The notes under the pieces are model-generated. The model saw nothing but the letters and a program-made list of their open reading frames with translations. It was not told where the DNA came from and did no database searches. Below are positions 6,570 through 6,849 of a stretch of 6,849 nucleotides of DNA, in pieces. Position 1 is the stretch's first letter; the number at the start of each line of letters is the position of its first letter. The stretch is from a virus (Duplodnaviria > Heunggongvirae > Uroviricota > Caudoviricetes), in the IMG/VR virus record IMGVR_UViG_2617270976_000007, positions 1-6,849 of that record. The stretch is one strand, 5' to 3'. The position numbers and the translations under genes are program-made.

Positions 6570-6849
6570 GGTAATGACTCCAACTTATTGATAGTGTTTT
6601 ATGTTCAGATAATGCCCGATGACTTTGTCATGCAGCTCCACCGATTTTGAGAACGACAGCGACTTCCGTCCCAGCCGTGCCAGGTGCTGCCTCAGATTCA
6701 GGTTATGCCGCTCAATTCGCTGCGTATATCGCTTGCTGATTACGTGCAGCTTTCCCTTCAGGCGGGATTCATACAGCGGCCAGCCATCCGTCATCCATAT
6801 CACCACGTCAAAGGGTGACAGCAGGCTCATAAGACGCCCCAGCGTCGCC
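6570..6849 (-). mobile_element. IS1 insertion sequence, right-hand portion in reverse orientation (extends beyond the window); terminal inverted repeat GGTAATGACTCCAACTTATTGAT at 6570-6592
   Basis: 6570-6821 is the exact reverse complement of 1-252; starts with the canonical IS1 terminal repeat and encodes InsB on the minus strand. Confidence 0.93.
6585..6849 (-). CDS. insB: IS1 transposase InsB (InsAB' C-terminal portion), 5'-partial; coding continues beyond the window edge
   Basis: Minus-strand translation ...[87 protein letters not shown], stop at 6585-6587; identical to the InsB fragment at 1-237. Confidence 0.9.
   Translation of the reverse strand, partial: ATLGRLMSLLSPFDVVIWMTDGWPLYESRLKGKLHVISKRYTQRIERHNLNLRQHLARLGRKSLSFSKSVELHDKVIGHYLNIKHYQ

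Overview
This window is a decayed lambdoid (Qin/phage-21-like) prophage segment of the E. coli/Shigella type, bounded on both sides by IS1 copies in inverted orientation (bases 1-252 are the exact reverse complement of 6570-6821). Between them, left to right: a NanS-p-type sialate O-acetylesterase gene starting 27 bp after the IS1 end; an intrinsic terminator; an S21-type pinholin with a dual-start motif; a small gene tightly coupled to the holin (ydfR position) with a convergent, overlapping 90-aa antisense ORF; an in-frame fusion of the endolysin N-terminus to the Rz C-terminus with an intact embedded Rz1; an AT-rich variable region holding a 46-aa hydrophobic ORF and a small ribbon-helix-helix gene; a complete-looking lambda-type cos site (cosQ, cosN GGGCGGCGACCT, three terminase-binding repeats); an intact terminase small subunit; a terminase large subunit cut off after about 216 aa; and a repeat-containing protein fragment interrupted by the second IS1. 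No stx, bor, tRNA, integrase or CRISPR was found. All homology statements come from reading the translations and from memory of lambda/Qin proteins; no database search was run. The most interesting candidates are the antisense small ORF inside the lysis cassette, the endolysin-spanin chimera, and the cos plus small-terminase module that has lost its large terminase and head genes.
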